A stretch of 64,000 nt of DNA, taken from contig CAXXWB010000045.1 in the NCBI GenBank assembly GCA_963677505.2, positions 6,870 through 70,869 on the forward strand, read 5' to 3'. The position numbers were made by a program, and so were the translations under genes. Source of the DNA: an uncultured Acidaminobacter sp. GTDB taxonomy: Bacteria; Bacillota; Clostridia; Peptostreptococcales; Acidaminobacteraceae. This document shows positions 1-8,603 of this stretch, one piece after another; position 1 is the first letter of the stretch; each line of letters starts with the position of its first letter. The notes below the pieces were generated by a model that saw nothing but the letters and a program-made list of their open reading frames with translations, ran no database searches and was not told where the DNA came from.

Positions 1-27
1 TCTCATTATGCGACAGTTTAAACCCTT

Positions 28-55
28 TTCAATACCAACTGTCTTCGGTTATAAT
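28..55 (+). promoter_or_regulatory. Candidate sigma-70-type promoter of the TA cassette with flanking inverted repeat (possible operator)
   Basis: TTCAAT (28-33), 16-nt spacer, TATAAT (50-55). Inverted repeat GACAGTT (12-18) / AACTGTC (37-43) brackets the -35. The same arrangement occurs in copy 2 at +23223. Confidence 0.35.
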
Positions 56-76
56 AAATAGTAAGAGGTGATTTGT

Positions 77-250
77 ATGACACTTGTAGAGAAATTTGTA
101 AAAGAGTTTGAAGAATTATCAACTGACAGACAAGCGGAAGTAATAGATTTTATTGAGTTCCTCAAAGAGAAAGAGAACAAAAGAATTGAAGGATTAATGG
201 ATCTAATTATTGATGAAAATAAGGAAGCTTTATTGGAGCTTGCCAAATGA
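77..250 (+). CDS. Antitoxin of Phd/Doc-type module (small DUF2281-like protein)
   Basis: 57 aa from ATG 77, with AAGAGG RBS ending 8 nt upstream. Stop overlaps the doc start (ATGA at 247-250). The ..RQAEVIDFIEFLKEKE.. segment is typical of small antitoxins. Confidence 0.7.
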   Translation: MTLVEKFVKEFEELSTDRQAEVIDFIEFLKEKENKRIEGLMDLIIDENKEALLELAK

Positions 251-627
251 AAAATCTAGATATCAAGCAAGTTGTAGTATTTCATGAGAAAATCATCGAA
301 AAGACTGGTGGTAGCCACGGAGTCAAAAATTATGGCTTAGTAGAAAGCGCACTTCATAGAGGTGAGGCAAGTTTTTCAGGAGAGGATTTTTATCCAAGTT
401 TAGAATCAAAAATATCTGCTATAACCCATAGCTTAATTAGTAATCATGGATTTGTTGACGGGAATAAAAGAATTGGTGTATCCGTAATGCTGATACTTTT
501 GAAAATCAATTCACTTGAAATTCAATACAGCCAATCGGAATTAGTTAGTCTCGGTTTATCAGTAGCTTCAGGTGAAATGGATGAAAAACAAATTGAATCT
601 TGGATAATTGCAAGAAAAGTAAAGTAA
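247..627 (+). CDS. doc: Fic/Doc family toxin (death-on-curing)
   Basis: 126 aa. Doc-type Fic motif HGFVDGNKRIG. Translationally coupled to the upstream small ORF. Confidence 0.85.
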   Translation: MKNLDIKQVVVFHEKIIEKTGGSHGVKNYGLVESALHRGEASFSGEDFYPSLESKISAITHSLISNHGFVDGNKRIGVSVMLILLKINSLEIQYSQSELVSLGLSVASGEMDEKQIESWIIARKVK

Positions 628-648
628 GAGGAGAAATCCTCTTTTTTT
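627..648 (+). terminator. Rho-independent terminator after doc
   Basis: agagga-GAAA-tcctct hairpin followed by T7. Confidence 0.6.
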
Positions 649-701
649 ATAATAAACACATGGAATAAAATGCTTATAAAAACAATAAAAAGAAAACCGT
701 C

Positions 702-826
702 GTATAACTCCGAACTTACGTCATTGCCTATTGTCACGCCTTTTGCGGAGAACCGTTCAAAAGTCCCGCCAACTTGCCGCTGTGGCGTCAAGCACGTCAA
801 CGTCGTAAGTTCGTCTTTCGTTATAC
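702..826 (+). repeat. attC site 1 (125-nt class)
   Basis: R'' gtataac 702-708; arms cgaacttacg/cgtaagttcg; enlarged central hairpin ccttttgcggagaaccgttcaaaagt; R' gttatac 820-826. Confidence 0.9.
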
Positions 827-851
827 GCAATAATTCTGCACGTCAATTTGT

Positions 852-1105
852 AAAAGAAAAAAGGCAACCGCAAGAGCTGCCTTATTGAAGATATAAAATT
901 TGTTCAGCCCCGTAGTAGTGGCTAAGGTTGAATTAGTTGCTCTGTTTGGTTTCTTAAATTTAATCGAAACAAACGGTAATCGTATGTCAAAGCCATCGAA
1001 CCATTTAACAAGTGCTTTCATAGGCACCGCCCCCTTTTTCACCAATTTTACTACGGATGCTTTCGCATTTGGCTTACTCGCCTCGGGGAAACGAAGCTGA
1101 ACAAA
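852..1105 (-). ncRNA. Candidate structured RNA (unclassified) ending in an intrinsic terminator, inside cassette 2
   Basis: 10-bp closing helix 899-908/1096-1105; second helix 910-917/1049-1056; minus-strand hairpins ATGC-GAAA-GCAT (1057-1068) and GGC-GAGTAA-GCC (1071-1082); hairpin 944-953/966-974. On the minus strand a stem (861-866/878-883) is followed by a U-tract (852-860). The region looks more G+C-rich than its AT-rich flanks. Confidence 0.4.
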
Positions 1106-1229
1106 TTTAATATCTAAGAGTAACTATAGCATAATAAATTCAAAAATCACAATTTAAATAGAAATTAGGATTTTTGAATTTACATTCAATGTTAAAGTAC
1201 TAATTATAGTCTTAAGGGAGCTGTAAATA

Positions 1230-1601
1230 ATGGACAAACTGCGTTGGGCATATAAATATGTAGAACTGTTTCCAGAACATAAGGGACGTTTGGATGAGCA
1301 TATTAAAGATTATGGAGAGTTACTCGGGCATGTTTTCTTTGGTGATCTCATAAACGAACGACTTTATAATTTAATAAAATATGAAAGAGAGCTAGAAACT
1401 GTAGAAATATTATTTGATTTTATTAATGAAATGTTTAAGTATGGTGATGACGATTGCAAAAATATAATTGAAGTAACTATATTGGAATACTTAGGTGATG
1501 ATGACAAGGTACTAAAACGCAGTAAAAAATACTTAAGTCCTGAACTTATTGCTTTGTCGGATATAGTTGAGGAGTCACTGGGAAGGAAACATTTTGAGTA
1601 A
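1230..1601 (+). CDS. Hypothetical protein (123 aa, acidic, probably all-alpha)
   Basis: ORF with AAGGGAG RBS upstream, followed by an attC. Identical copy at 2161-2532. Confidence 0.7.
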   Translation: MDKLRWAYKYVELFPEHKGRLDEHIKDYGELLGHVFFGDLINERLYNLIKYERELETVEILFDFINEMFKYGDDDCKNIIEVTILEYLGDDDKVLKRSKKYLSPELIALSDIVEESLGRKHFE

Positions 1602-1639
1602 TAATATATGTGGAATTAATTAATGATACGAATTACTGC

Positions 1640-1758
1640 GTATAACTCCGAACTTACGCCATTGCCTATTGTCACGTCTTTTGCGGATGCAAAAGCCCCG
1701 CCAACTTGTCGCTGTGGCGCCAAGCACGTCAACGTCGTAAGTTCGTCTTTCGTTATAC
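1640..1758 (+). repeat. attC site 2 (119 nt)
   Basis: R'' gtataac, R' gttatac; conserved arms and central hairpin cttttgcg..gcaaaag. Confidence 0.9.
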
Positions 1759-1783
1759 GCAATAATTCTGCACGTCAATTTGT

Positions 1784-2036
1784 AAAAGAAAAAAGGCAAC
1801 CGCAAGAGCTGCCTTATTGAAGATATAAAATTTGTTCAGCCCCGTAGTAGTGGCTAAGGTTGAATTAGTTGCTCTGTTTGGTTTCTTAAATTTAATCGAA
1901 ACAAACGGTAATCGTATGTCAAAGCCATCGAACCATTTAACAAGTGCTTTCATAGGCACCGCCCCCTTTTTCACCAATTTTACTACGGATGCTTTCGCAT
2001 TTGGCTTACTCGCCTCGGGGAACGAAGCTGAACAAA
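1784..2036 (-). ncRNA. Candidate structured RNA, second copy (cassette 3)
   Basis: Duplicate of 852-1105. The only difference seen is a 1-nt indel (gggaaacg vs gggaacg) in an unpaired bulge. Confidence 0.4.
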
Positions 2037-2160
2037 TTTAATATCTAAGAGTAACTATAGCATAATAAATTCAAAAATCACAATTTAAATAGAAATTAGG
2101 ATTTTTGAATTTACATTCAATGTTAAAGTACTAATTATAGTCTTAAGGGAGCTGTAAATA

Positions 2161-2532
2161 ATGGACAAACTGCGTTGGGCATATAAATATGTAGAACTGT
2201 TTCCAGAACATAAGGGACGTTTGGATGAGCATATTAAAGATTATGGAGAGTTACTCGGGCATGTTTTCTTTGGTGATCTCATAAACGAACGACTTTATAA
2301 TTTAATAAAATATGAAAGAGAGCTAGAAACTGTAGAAATATTATTTGATTTTATTAATGAAATGTTTAAGTATGGTGATGACGATTGCAAAAATATAATT
2401 GAAGTAACTATATTGGAATACTTAGGTGATGATGACAAGGTACTAAAACGCAGTAAAAAATACTTAAGTCCTGAACTTATTGCTTTGTCGGATATAGTTG
2501 AGGAGTCACTGGGAAGGAAACATTTTGAGTAA
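2161..2532 (+). CDS. Hypothetical protein (123 aa), duplicate of 1230-1601
   Basis: Translation identical to 1230-1601. Confidence 0.7.
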   Translation: MDKLRWAYKYVELFPEHKGRLDEHIKDYGELLGHVFFGDLINERLYNLIKYERELETVEILFDFINEMFKYGDDDCKNIIEVTILEYLGDDDKVLKRSKKYLSPELIALSDIVEESLGRKHFE

Positions 2533-2570
2533 TAATATATGTGGAATTAATTAATGATACGAATTACTGC

Positions 2571-2689
2571 GTATAACTCCGAACTTACGCCATTGCCTAT
2601 TGTCACGTCTTTTGCGGATGCAAAAGCCCCGCCAACTTGTCGCTGTGGCGCCAAGCACGGCAACGTCGTCAGTTCGTCTTTCGTTATGT
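2571..2689 (+). repeat. attC site 3 (119 nt)
   Basis: R'' gtataac, R' gttatgt. Confidence 0.9.
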
Positions 2690-2749
2690 GAAATTGATTT
2701 AATATACATATTTTGAAGTATATTTAAAAACCAATTCGGAGGAAATCAA

Positions 2750-3571
2750 ATGCCAAATGGTAATATTTTGAGAACTTTTGATCAAAATTTGAAAAATAAG
2801 TTTAATGAGCGCTGTTTTATTTATGATAAATATAGACCTGAATATGTAGATGAGTTGTTTAAAGATATTTTTCAAATGAAAATGTTAAATCATAATAGTA
2901 AAGCATTAGAAATTGGAATAGGAACAGGACAAGCAACCAAACCTATTCTTGAAACGGGATGTAGTCTATTGGCGTTGGAAATTGGCGATCAGTTGGCGAG
3001 TTTTACTAAAGAGAAATTTCAGTCTTATGGTAACTTTACTGTTGAGAACAGTTCATTTGAAGATAGCAGCTTAGATGATAATAGCTATGATTTAGTATTT
3101 TCAGCATCTGCATTTCATTGGATTCCAGAAGAGTTTGGTTACTCTAAAGTTTTTAGAATTTTAAAACCCAATGGCGTGTTTGCCCGTTTTGCAATGCATC
3201 CTTATCCAGCAAAGGATAATATAGAGCTTTTTGAAGCAATACAACAATGTTATAAGAAATATTTACCAGAATCAAAACCAGGTCTTGAATATACAGAAGA
3301 AAAGGCTAGAGTAAGAGCAGAATTAAGCATTAAATATGGTTTTATTGACTCAAAATACTACGTTTACAATAGAATTAGGACTCATAATGCTCAAGAGTAT
3401 GTCAAGTTACTTGAAACTATGCACGACCATATAGCTTTGGATAGTAATTTGCGAGAAATGCTGTTTAATGACATTGAGGCTGCTATTGTAAAATATGGAA
3501 ATCAAATCAATGTCTATGATACAATTGACCTTCAGTTGGCTAGAAAAGCAAATATAGAAAATAATGATTAA
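2750..3571 (+). CDS. Class I SAM-dependent methyltransferase
   Basis: 273 aa. Motif I LEIGIGTGQAT; post-I and later motifs DLVFSASAFHWI and LKPNGVF. GGAGG RBS. Confidence 0.8.
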   Translation: MPNGNILRTFDQNLKNKFNERCFIYDKYRPEYVDELFKDIFQMKMLNHNSKALEIGIGTGQATKPILETGCSLLALEIGDQLASFTKEKFQSYGNFTVENSSFEDSSLDDNSYDLVFSASAFHWIPEEFGYSKVFRILKPNGVFARFAMHPYPAKDNIELFEAIQQCYKKYLPESKPGLEYTEEKARVRAELSIKYGFIDSKYYVYNRIRTHNAQEYVKLLETMHDHIALDSNLREMLFNDIEAAIVKYGNQINVYDTIDLQLARKANIENND

Positions 3572-3593
3572 TATATGATAAAAAATCAACTTC

Positions 3594-3712
3594 ACATAAC
3601 TCCGAACTTACGTCATTGCCTATTGTCATGTCTTTTGCGCATGCAAAAGCCCCGCCAACTTGCCGCTGTGGCGTCAAGCACGGCAACGACGTAAGTTCGT
3701 CTTTCGTTATAC
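3594..3712 (+). repeat. attC site 4 (119 nt)
   Basis: R'' acataac (complement of the preceding R' gttatgt), R' gttatac. Confidence 0.9.
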
Positions 3713-3797
3713 GAAATATTTCTCTACAATGTCGTAAAAATATAAATGTAATTTTATTAAAAATTGTAAAAGTACATCATCATGAGAGGGTAGCAGA

Positions 3798-4430
3798 ATG
3801 AAAATATTTAATAAGAAACTGAGTAATAAACTAATATATGCAATGATATGTGTTGTCCTATTTTTTCTTTTTCAATTTGTAAAATTGTATATTCTAACAG
3901 CTGAAGCATTTAAAGAACAAACAAGTTTAAACTTAGCACACCTTAGAATGGAATTAGGCGATCTTAATGACAGTCTAGTCGAAATTACTAATTCAACTTC
4001 GGATTTGAGTGAGTTCCACAACGAAGACTATATTGATTGGTTAACATTACATTCAGTATGCAAATCAACTAGGAGTATAGGGAAGATTACTGGAAGAAAA
4101 GATTTGGATGATTTAGAATACTTCTATATGGATACATATTTTCAAATAAACGGTATATTAAAAGATAAAAAAATTGATGAAAAAGAAAAACAGTATTTAG
4201 AAGAGCTAAAAGCATTTACTAGTGAAGTATTGAAAGTGTACAGCAGATGTGTATATGGTACTAACATCTCTATCAAAGATGATTACTTTTTAAAAGAGAA
4301 TTTATCGAGTAGACAAGTTTATAATATATACGCAAGTTTTTTTGATAAAACATATCAATTATATATGCTTGATAAATATGAGTACATGAGAGAGTATAAA
4401 GAATATAAACCAAATGATACAAGCAACTAA
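3798..4430 (+). CDS. Hypothetical protein with N-terminal transmembrane helix (210 aa)
   Basis: ORF with GAGAGGG RBS. Hydrophobic segment LIYAMICVVLFFLFQFVKLYIL. Confidence 0.65.
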   Translation: MKIFNKKLSNKLIYAMICVVLFFLFQFVKLYILTAEAFKEQTSLNLAHLRMELGDLNDSLVEITNSTSDLSEFHNEDYIDWLTLHSVCKSTRSIGKITGRKDLDDLEYFYMDTYFQINGILKDKKIDEKEKQYLEELKAFTSEVLKVYSRCVYGTNISIKDDYFLKENLSSRQVYNIYASFFDKTYQLYMLDKYEYMREYKEYKPNDTSN

Positions 4431-4468
4431 AAACAAATTTTGGTAAATTATATTACAAGAAATACTTC

Positions 4469-4587
4469 GTATAACTCCGAACTTACGCCATTGCCTATTG
4501 TCATGTCTTTTGCGCATGCAAAAGCCCCGCCAACTTGCCGCTGAGGCGTCAAGCACGTCAACGTCGTAAGTTCGTCTTTCGTTATAT
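4469..4587 (+). repeat. attC site 5 (119 nt)
   Basis: R'' gtataac, R' gttatat. Confidence 0.9.
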
Positions 4588-4798
4588 GCAATAGCTCTAG
4601 CCTGAAATTGGTAATTACTATTAGAACTTATTCTAAGCAACAAAAGGCTCAAATCCATGCTGACAGGCTCTTGATAACTGTATTTGTTTTTAAAAAGTGT
4701 TATATAATATTTCTGTGTATCTTACAGACTAAAAATTACCTCACCAAAGTTTGGCTGAGAAACAGTTTTTCAATATAAGTGTTTAATTTATGTAAGAA

Positions 4799-4933
4799 AT
4801 GGAAATGTTGGTTTGGATTCAATCAGACTTGAATAAAATAAAGTTAATGAATTTCAGAACTGTAGTAGGAAGGTCAAAGGCAGCTTTTAAAAACCCAACC
4901 TATTTAGTAATTTGTAAAGGCATGAAGAGTTGA
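4799..4933 (+). CDS. Possible 44-aa micro-ORF in an otherwise ORF-less cassette
   Basis: ATG..TGA, translation MEMLVWIQSDLNKIKLMNFRTVVGRSKAAFKNPTYLVICKGMKS. Weak RBS. It is the only +strand ORF in cassette 4582-5057. Confidence 0.2.
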   Translation: MEMLVWIQSDLNKIKLMNFRTVVGRSKAAFKNPTYLVICKGMKS

Positions 4934-4944
4934 AGAGCAACTGC

Positions 4945-5063
4945 ATATAACTCCGAACTTACGTCATTGCCTATTGTCATGTCTTTTGCGCATGCAAAAG
5001 CCCCGCCAACTTGTCGCTGCGGCGCCAAGCACGGCACCGACGTAAGTTCGTCTTTCGTTAGGT
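4945..5063 (+). repeat. attC site 6 (119 nt)
   Basis: R'' atataac, R' gttaggt. Confidence 0.9.
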
Positions 5064-5096
5064 GACATATTTTACACGTAAAATTGGAGTGTTTAG

Positions 5097-6095
5097 ATGG
5101 ATAAGAATAAAATAAGAAATATACTATGTAAATATTTAAGAATTGCCATAGAATATTTCTACTCTTCATTTATCAAAATAGTAAAAAGTGCTTTCAATTG
5201 GATAAATATTAATTGGAAACAAGATAAGTATCTTAGAGTAAATATTGCATTCACTCTCATTTTGATGTTGATAGCAGTGTTTCTTAATGTGAATAATGAA
5301 ATATACTGGCTTATTCTTAAATTATTATTTTGTGCAACCAATATTATTGTTTCAATACTTTGTTTCCTGAGTCTCGTAAAATTGAAAAGTAAATTAAGCA
5401 CAGAACATCATTATTACAACATGTATGAATGGTATAGTTTGCAAATTCTAAGCATGAGTGCATATATAATTATATTAAACAGTATCTATCCAAACTCAGT
5501 TGATTTTTTTGGATTGTTAATTGGTATATTCTTTTATTTAACTTTTTATTCATATGGAAGATATTTTGTCGCTAAATGGATAAAAAAATGGTGGACATTT
5601 GCGTTACTCTTTTTTGCGATGCCTCTTATTGCTTTGCTTATAGGAACTATAGGATCTGGAATATTCGCTAGTTTATTTAATATTGATTTGATACAATTTG
5701 ATCCTTTTTTAGGATTTATAGTTATAGTGACTACAATATTGTTAATTAATTACATTATAGCTTCTACTCCGGAATCTCTTGTGGGTGAGGTAAAAGTTGC
5801 AATTTATCTTATTTTGGCAATATCGTCAGCAATTTCATATTGTTTTTTTGCACCTGAATACTTAACCAATTTTTTAGTCGAAAATATAAAATTATTAGAA
5901 TATACAAATAAAAATGAAATAATAGAAGTTATTGATAGTATTCTAAAATGGGTCACTCTGCCTTATTCAATTGGTTCTGTATTTGGATGTTTCACAATTG
6001 AGTTAGTTGAAAGAAATAACAGAATTTTTAATGCTAATAAAATGCAAGATGAAGATAAACAGAGTATTAGCATTCAAGATGAGAGTATAAACTAA
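5097..6095 (+). CDS. Multi-pass integral membrane protein (332 aa), function unknown
   Basis: Long ORF with many hydrophobic helices, directly between attC 6 and attC 7. Confidence 0.75.
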   Translation: MDKNKIRNILCKYLRIAIEYFYSSFIKIVKSAFNWININWKQDKYLRVNIAFTLILMLIAVFLNVNNEIYWLILKLLFCATNIIVSILCFLSLVKLKSKLSTEHHYYNMYEWYSLQILSMSAYIIILNSIYPNSVDFFGLLIGIFFYLTFYSYGRYFVAKWIKKWWTFALLFFAMPLIALLIGTIGSGIFASLFNIDLIQFDPFLGFIVIVTTILLINYIIASTPESLVGEVKVAIYLILAISSAISYCFFAPEYLTNFLVENIKLLEYTNKNEIIEVIDSILKWVTLPYSIGSVFGCFTIELVERNNRIFNANKMQDEDKQSISIQDESIN

Positions 6096-6115
6096 TTTGG
6101 AATATAAAATACGTC

Positions 6116-6234
6116 ACCTAACTCCGAACTTACGCCATTGCCTATTGTCATGTCTTTTGCGCATGCAAAAGCCCCGCCAACTTGCCGCTAGGGCGTCAAG
6201 CACGGCAACGTCGTAAGTTCGTCTTTCGTTATAC
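6116..6234 (+). repeat. attC site 7 (119 nt)
   Basis: R'' acctaac (complement of gttaggt), R' gttatac. Confidence 0.9.
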
Positions 6235-6337
6235 GCAATAATTCTGATAGCATAATTGTATTTAGAATTTCATAGAATCATTTAAAACCAAAACCACTGA
6301 GATTGCTCCTCAAAATTTAAAATGGAGGCATAGCAAA

Positions 6338-6634
6338 ATGTCTAGTCAAAATTTATTCAGGGCGTACCAGAGAAAAAAGAAAAATCAGAGTATAGCAACT
6401 TTTAGTTTAATAATTTTTGCATTAGCTGGAATGATTTTGAATGAATACGGTAAATTTAATACGGAGATAATTCAAAAATATATCGTTCCGGCAATGATCT
6501 TAGTTTTGATATTGTTTATCGTATTTTCGTTACAGAATTGGAGATGTCCAAGGTGCAGAGCATATTTGGGGAGAGAAATGAACCCTAAGTTCTGTAAGAA
6601 CTGTGGTGTCCAATTAGTTGAATTTATAGATTAA
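6338..6634 (+). CDS. Small membrane protein with C-terminal zinc-ribbon (98 aa)
   Basis: Two hydrophobic helices followed by CPRC..x13..CKNCG. GGAGG RBS. Confidence 0.65.
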   Translation: MSSQNLFRAYQRKKKNQSIATFSLIIFALAGMILNEYGKFNTEIIQKYIVPAMILVLILFIVFSLQNWRCPRCRAYLGREMNPKFCKNCGVQLVEFID

Positions 6635-6913
6635 TGATATAAGACAGAAAATGCAAATTGCATGTATTATTATTCCAATCGTTAGATTGCTATATTACAT
6701 ATTGTGGAAAATATTGATGAAGCCAGTAAACATATAAAGCCTTCAAAAATATCAGCGAGTAGGGTGCTATAATTGATAAGTATTTAACTTAAATAATCTA
6801 TTTGTTTAAGTTAATACTAAACTCTAATTTGTTTACCAATAAAAGCATTTGCAAATAATGAAGAATTAATAAAATCAAAATCGTAAAGGCATAATCCGTG
6901 AACGAATTACAGC

Positions 6914-7032
6914 GTATAACTCCGAACTTACGCCATTGCCTATTGTCACGTCTTTTGCGCATGCAAAAGCCCCGCCAACTTGTCGCTGAAGCGCCAAGCA
7001 CGGCAACGTCGTAAGTTCGTCTTTCGTTATAC
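6914..7032 (+). repeat. attC site 8 (119 nt)
   Basis: R'' gtataac, R' gttatac. Confidence 0.9.
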
Positions 7033-7074
7033 GAAAGACTTTCCCAAGAGGAATCATGATTGGAGGTACTTTTT

Positions 7075-7449
7075 TTGAAAAGAAAATTTGATTCCATAGG
7101 TTTGCTGATGATTATACTTTTAATAGTTGGAATTTTATTGAAGTTCTATATTATTGGAAATGCTGTAAATACCGATAGTGTATATTTTGAAAAGGTAGAG
7201 GTGTCTCCATATTTTTTAAAATTAGCTGGTAATACTTCGAATAGTGGTCTAACGTTTTCAAGATTTAAGATGAGATATGCTAATAAAAGTGCCTATATAA
7301 AATTGATATATACTTTGCCTAGTTTCATCAATAAATCTGGAAAGTTCGAAATACATCAAGGGGAGTATTTAGAAAATGTTGAAACACTATATTTAGAAGG
7401 CAATGATAAAAATAATAAAAATAATAAAAAGATTATATGGAAAAAATAA
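7075..7449 (+). CDS. Hypothetical membrane-anchored protein (about 124 aa)
   Basis: TTG 7075 lies 8 nt after GGAGG (7062-7066); the ORF track starts at 7060 in the same frame. N-terminal TM helix LLMIILLIVGILLKFYII. Confidence 0.6.
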   Translation: MKRKFDSIGLLMIILLIVGILLKFYIIGNAVNTDSVYFEKVEVSPYFLKLAGNTSNSGLTFSRFKMRYANKSAYIKLIYTLPSFINKSGKFEIHQGEYLENVETLYLEGNDKNNKNNKKIIWKK

Positions 7450-7610
7450 GTCATAGATTAATACATGAAATAGAAATAATTAAAGTGGGATTGTGATAAT
7501 TATATTTTTGAGATACTGGCTGACCCGAGGTAGTTTTGCGAGAAAGTTATAACAAATAAGGTGATCTTTTATCTCAATACATTTTAAGGTCAAGTCCTTC
7601 GTATAACTCC

Positions 7611-7729
7611 GAACTTACGCCATTGCCTATTGTCACGTCTTTTGCGCATGCAAAAGCCCCGCCAACTTGCCGCTGAGGCGTCAAGCACGGCAACGTCGTA
7701 AGTTCGTCTTTCGTTAAGCGAAATTTTTT
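7611..7729 (+). repeat. attC site 9 (119 nt)
   Basis: R'' gtataac, R' gttaagc. Confidence 0.9.
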
Positions 7730-7788
7730 CAATGTACGTTAATTTAATTTCGACGGAAAAATCAATGCATAAAAGGGCGTGATATCAG

Positions 7789-8313
7789 ATGATTACTATA
7801 GAACAGGTATCAATTGAAAATGCTAATGAAATACTTGCATTTGAGATTGAAAATAGATGTTTTTTCGAAGCAACTTTACCATCGAGAGGCAATGATTATT
7901 ACATTTTAGATAATTTCATGAATATCATCAATGAAATTTGTGAAGAACAAAAAAATGGTTCATTATATATGAATATCATAAGAAATGAGTTTAATGAAGT
8001 CGTTGGCAGAATCAATCTTTTCCTAATAAAGCATGAAAAATATAATCGAGCATTTGAGTTAGGTTATCGTATTGCTGAAAAACATCAGGGAAAAGGGTAC
8101 GCAACAAGCTCTGTAAAAGCATTAATCAAAATAGCATTTAAAGAATATGAAATAGAATGTATTCAAGCATTAACTTCTCCTAAAAATGCAGCTTCTCAAA
8201 TAATACTTATAAAGAATGGATTCTCATTTGTTACCAAAATACCAAATGATGTAGAGGTGAATGGGATTTTTGAGGACAGCATTGTATTTGAAATAGAGAA
8301 TCAGATCAAATAG
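7789..8313 (+). CDS. GNAT family N-acetyltransferase (RimJ/RimL-like)
   Basis: 174 aa. Motif A region YRIAEKHQGKGYATSSVKALI; C-terminal ..KNGFSF. Confidence 0.8.
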   Translation: MITIEQVSIENANEILAFEIENRCFFEATLPSRGNDYYILDNFMNIINEICEEQKNGSLYMNIIRNEFNEVVGRINLFLIKHEKYNRAFELGYRIAEKHQGKGYATSSVKALIKIAFKEYEIECIQALTSPKNAASQIILIKNGFSFVTKIPNDVEVNGIFEDSIVFEIENQIK

Positions 8314-8382
8314 AATCCAAAGACTTAAAAGCAATAACCGTTCGAAAAAGAGAAAGACTAGATAATTGAGTTCAAAAACTTC

Positions 8383-8507
8383 GCTTAACTCCGAACTTAC
8401 GTCATTGCCTATTGTCACGCCTTTTGCGAAAAATCGTGCAAAAGCCCCGCCAACTTGTCGCTGTGGCGCCAAGCACGGCAACGACGTAAGTTCGTCTTTC
8501 GTTATAT
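8383..8507 (+). repeat. attC site 10 (125-nt class)
   Basis: R'' gcttaac (complement of gttaagc), R' gttatat; enlarged loop gcgaaaaatcgtgc. Confidence 0.9.
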
Positions 8508-8603
8508 GACATTCTTTGCTACATACATATTTTAACTTTATATGAATATATTTAGAATTCAAGGTCAAAAGAAAAAAGAAAATTATATTAGGGAGATAAT
8601 CAT

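Noticed and set aside
821-1100. Protein-coding interpretation of ORFs 821-1045 (minus strand) and 900-1100 (plus strand), and their duplicates at 1753-1977 and 1832-2041.
   Set aside because: Both strands are open over the same segment. The amino-acid composition is atypical. The minus-strand ORF reads through a terminator-like hairpin, and the region has nested helices. This is not fully excluded: a 66-aa minus-strand ORF from ATG 1021 has an AAAGGGGG RBS.
6635-6913. The 280-nt non-coding tail of the cassette after ORF 6338-6634, including the palindrome ATGCAAATTGCAT at about 6650 and a hydrophobic minus-strand reading frame near 6800-6900.
   Set aside because: I found no start codon or RBS for the hydrophobic frame, no convincing stable hairpin or terminator, and no repeat elsewhere in the window. 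This is insufficient to call a feature.
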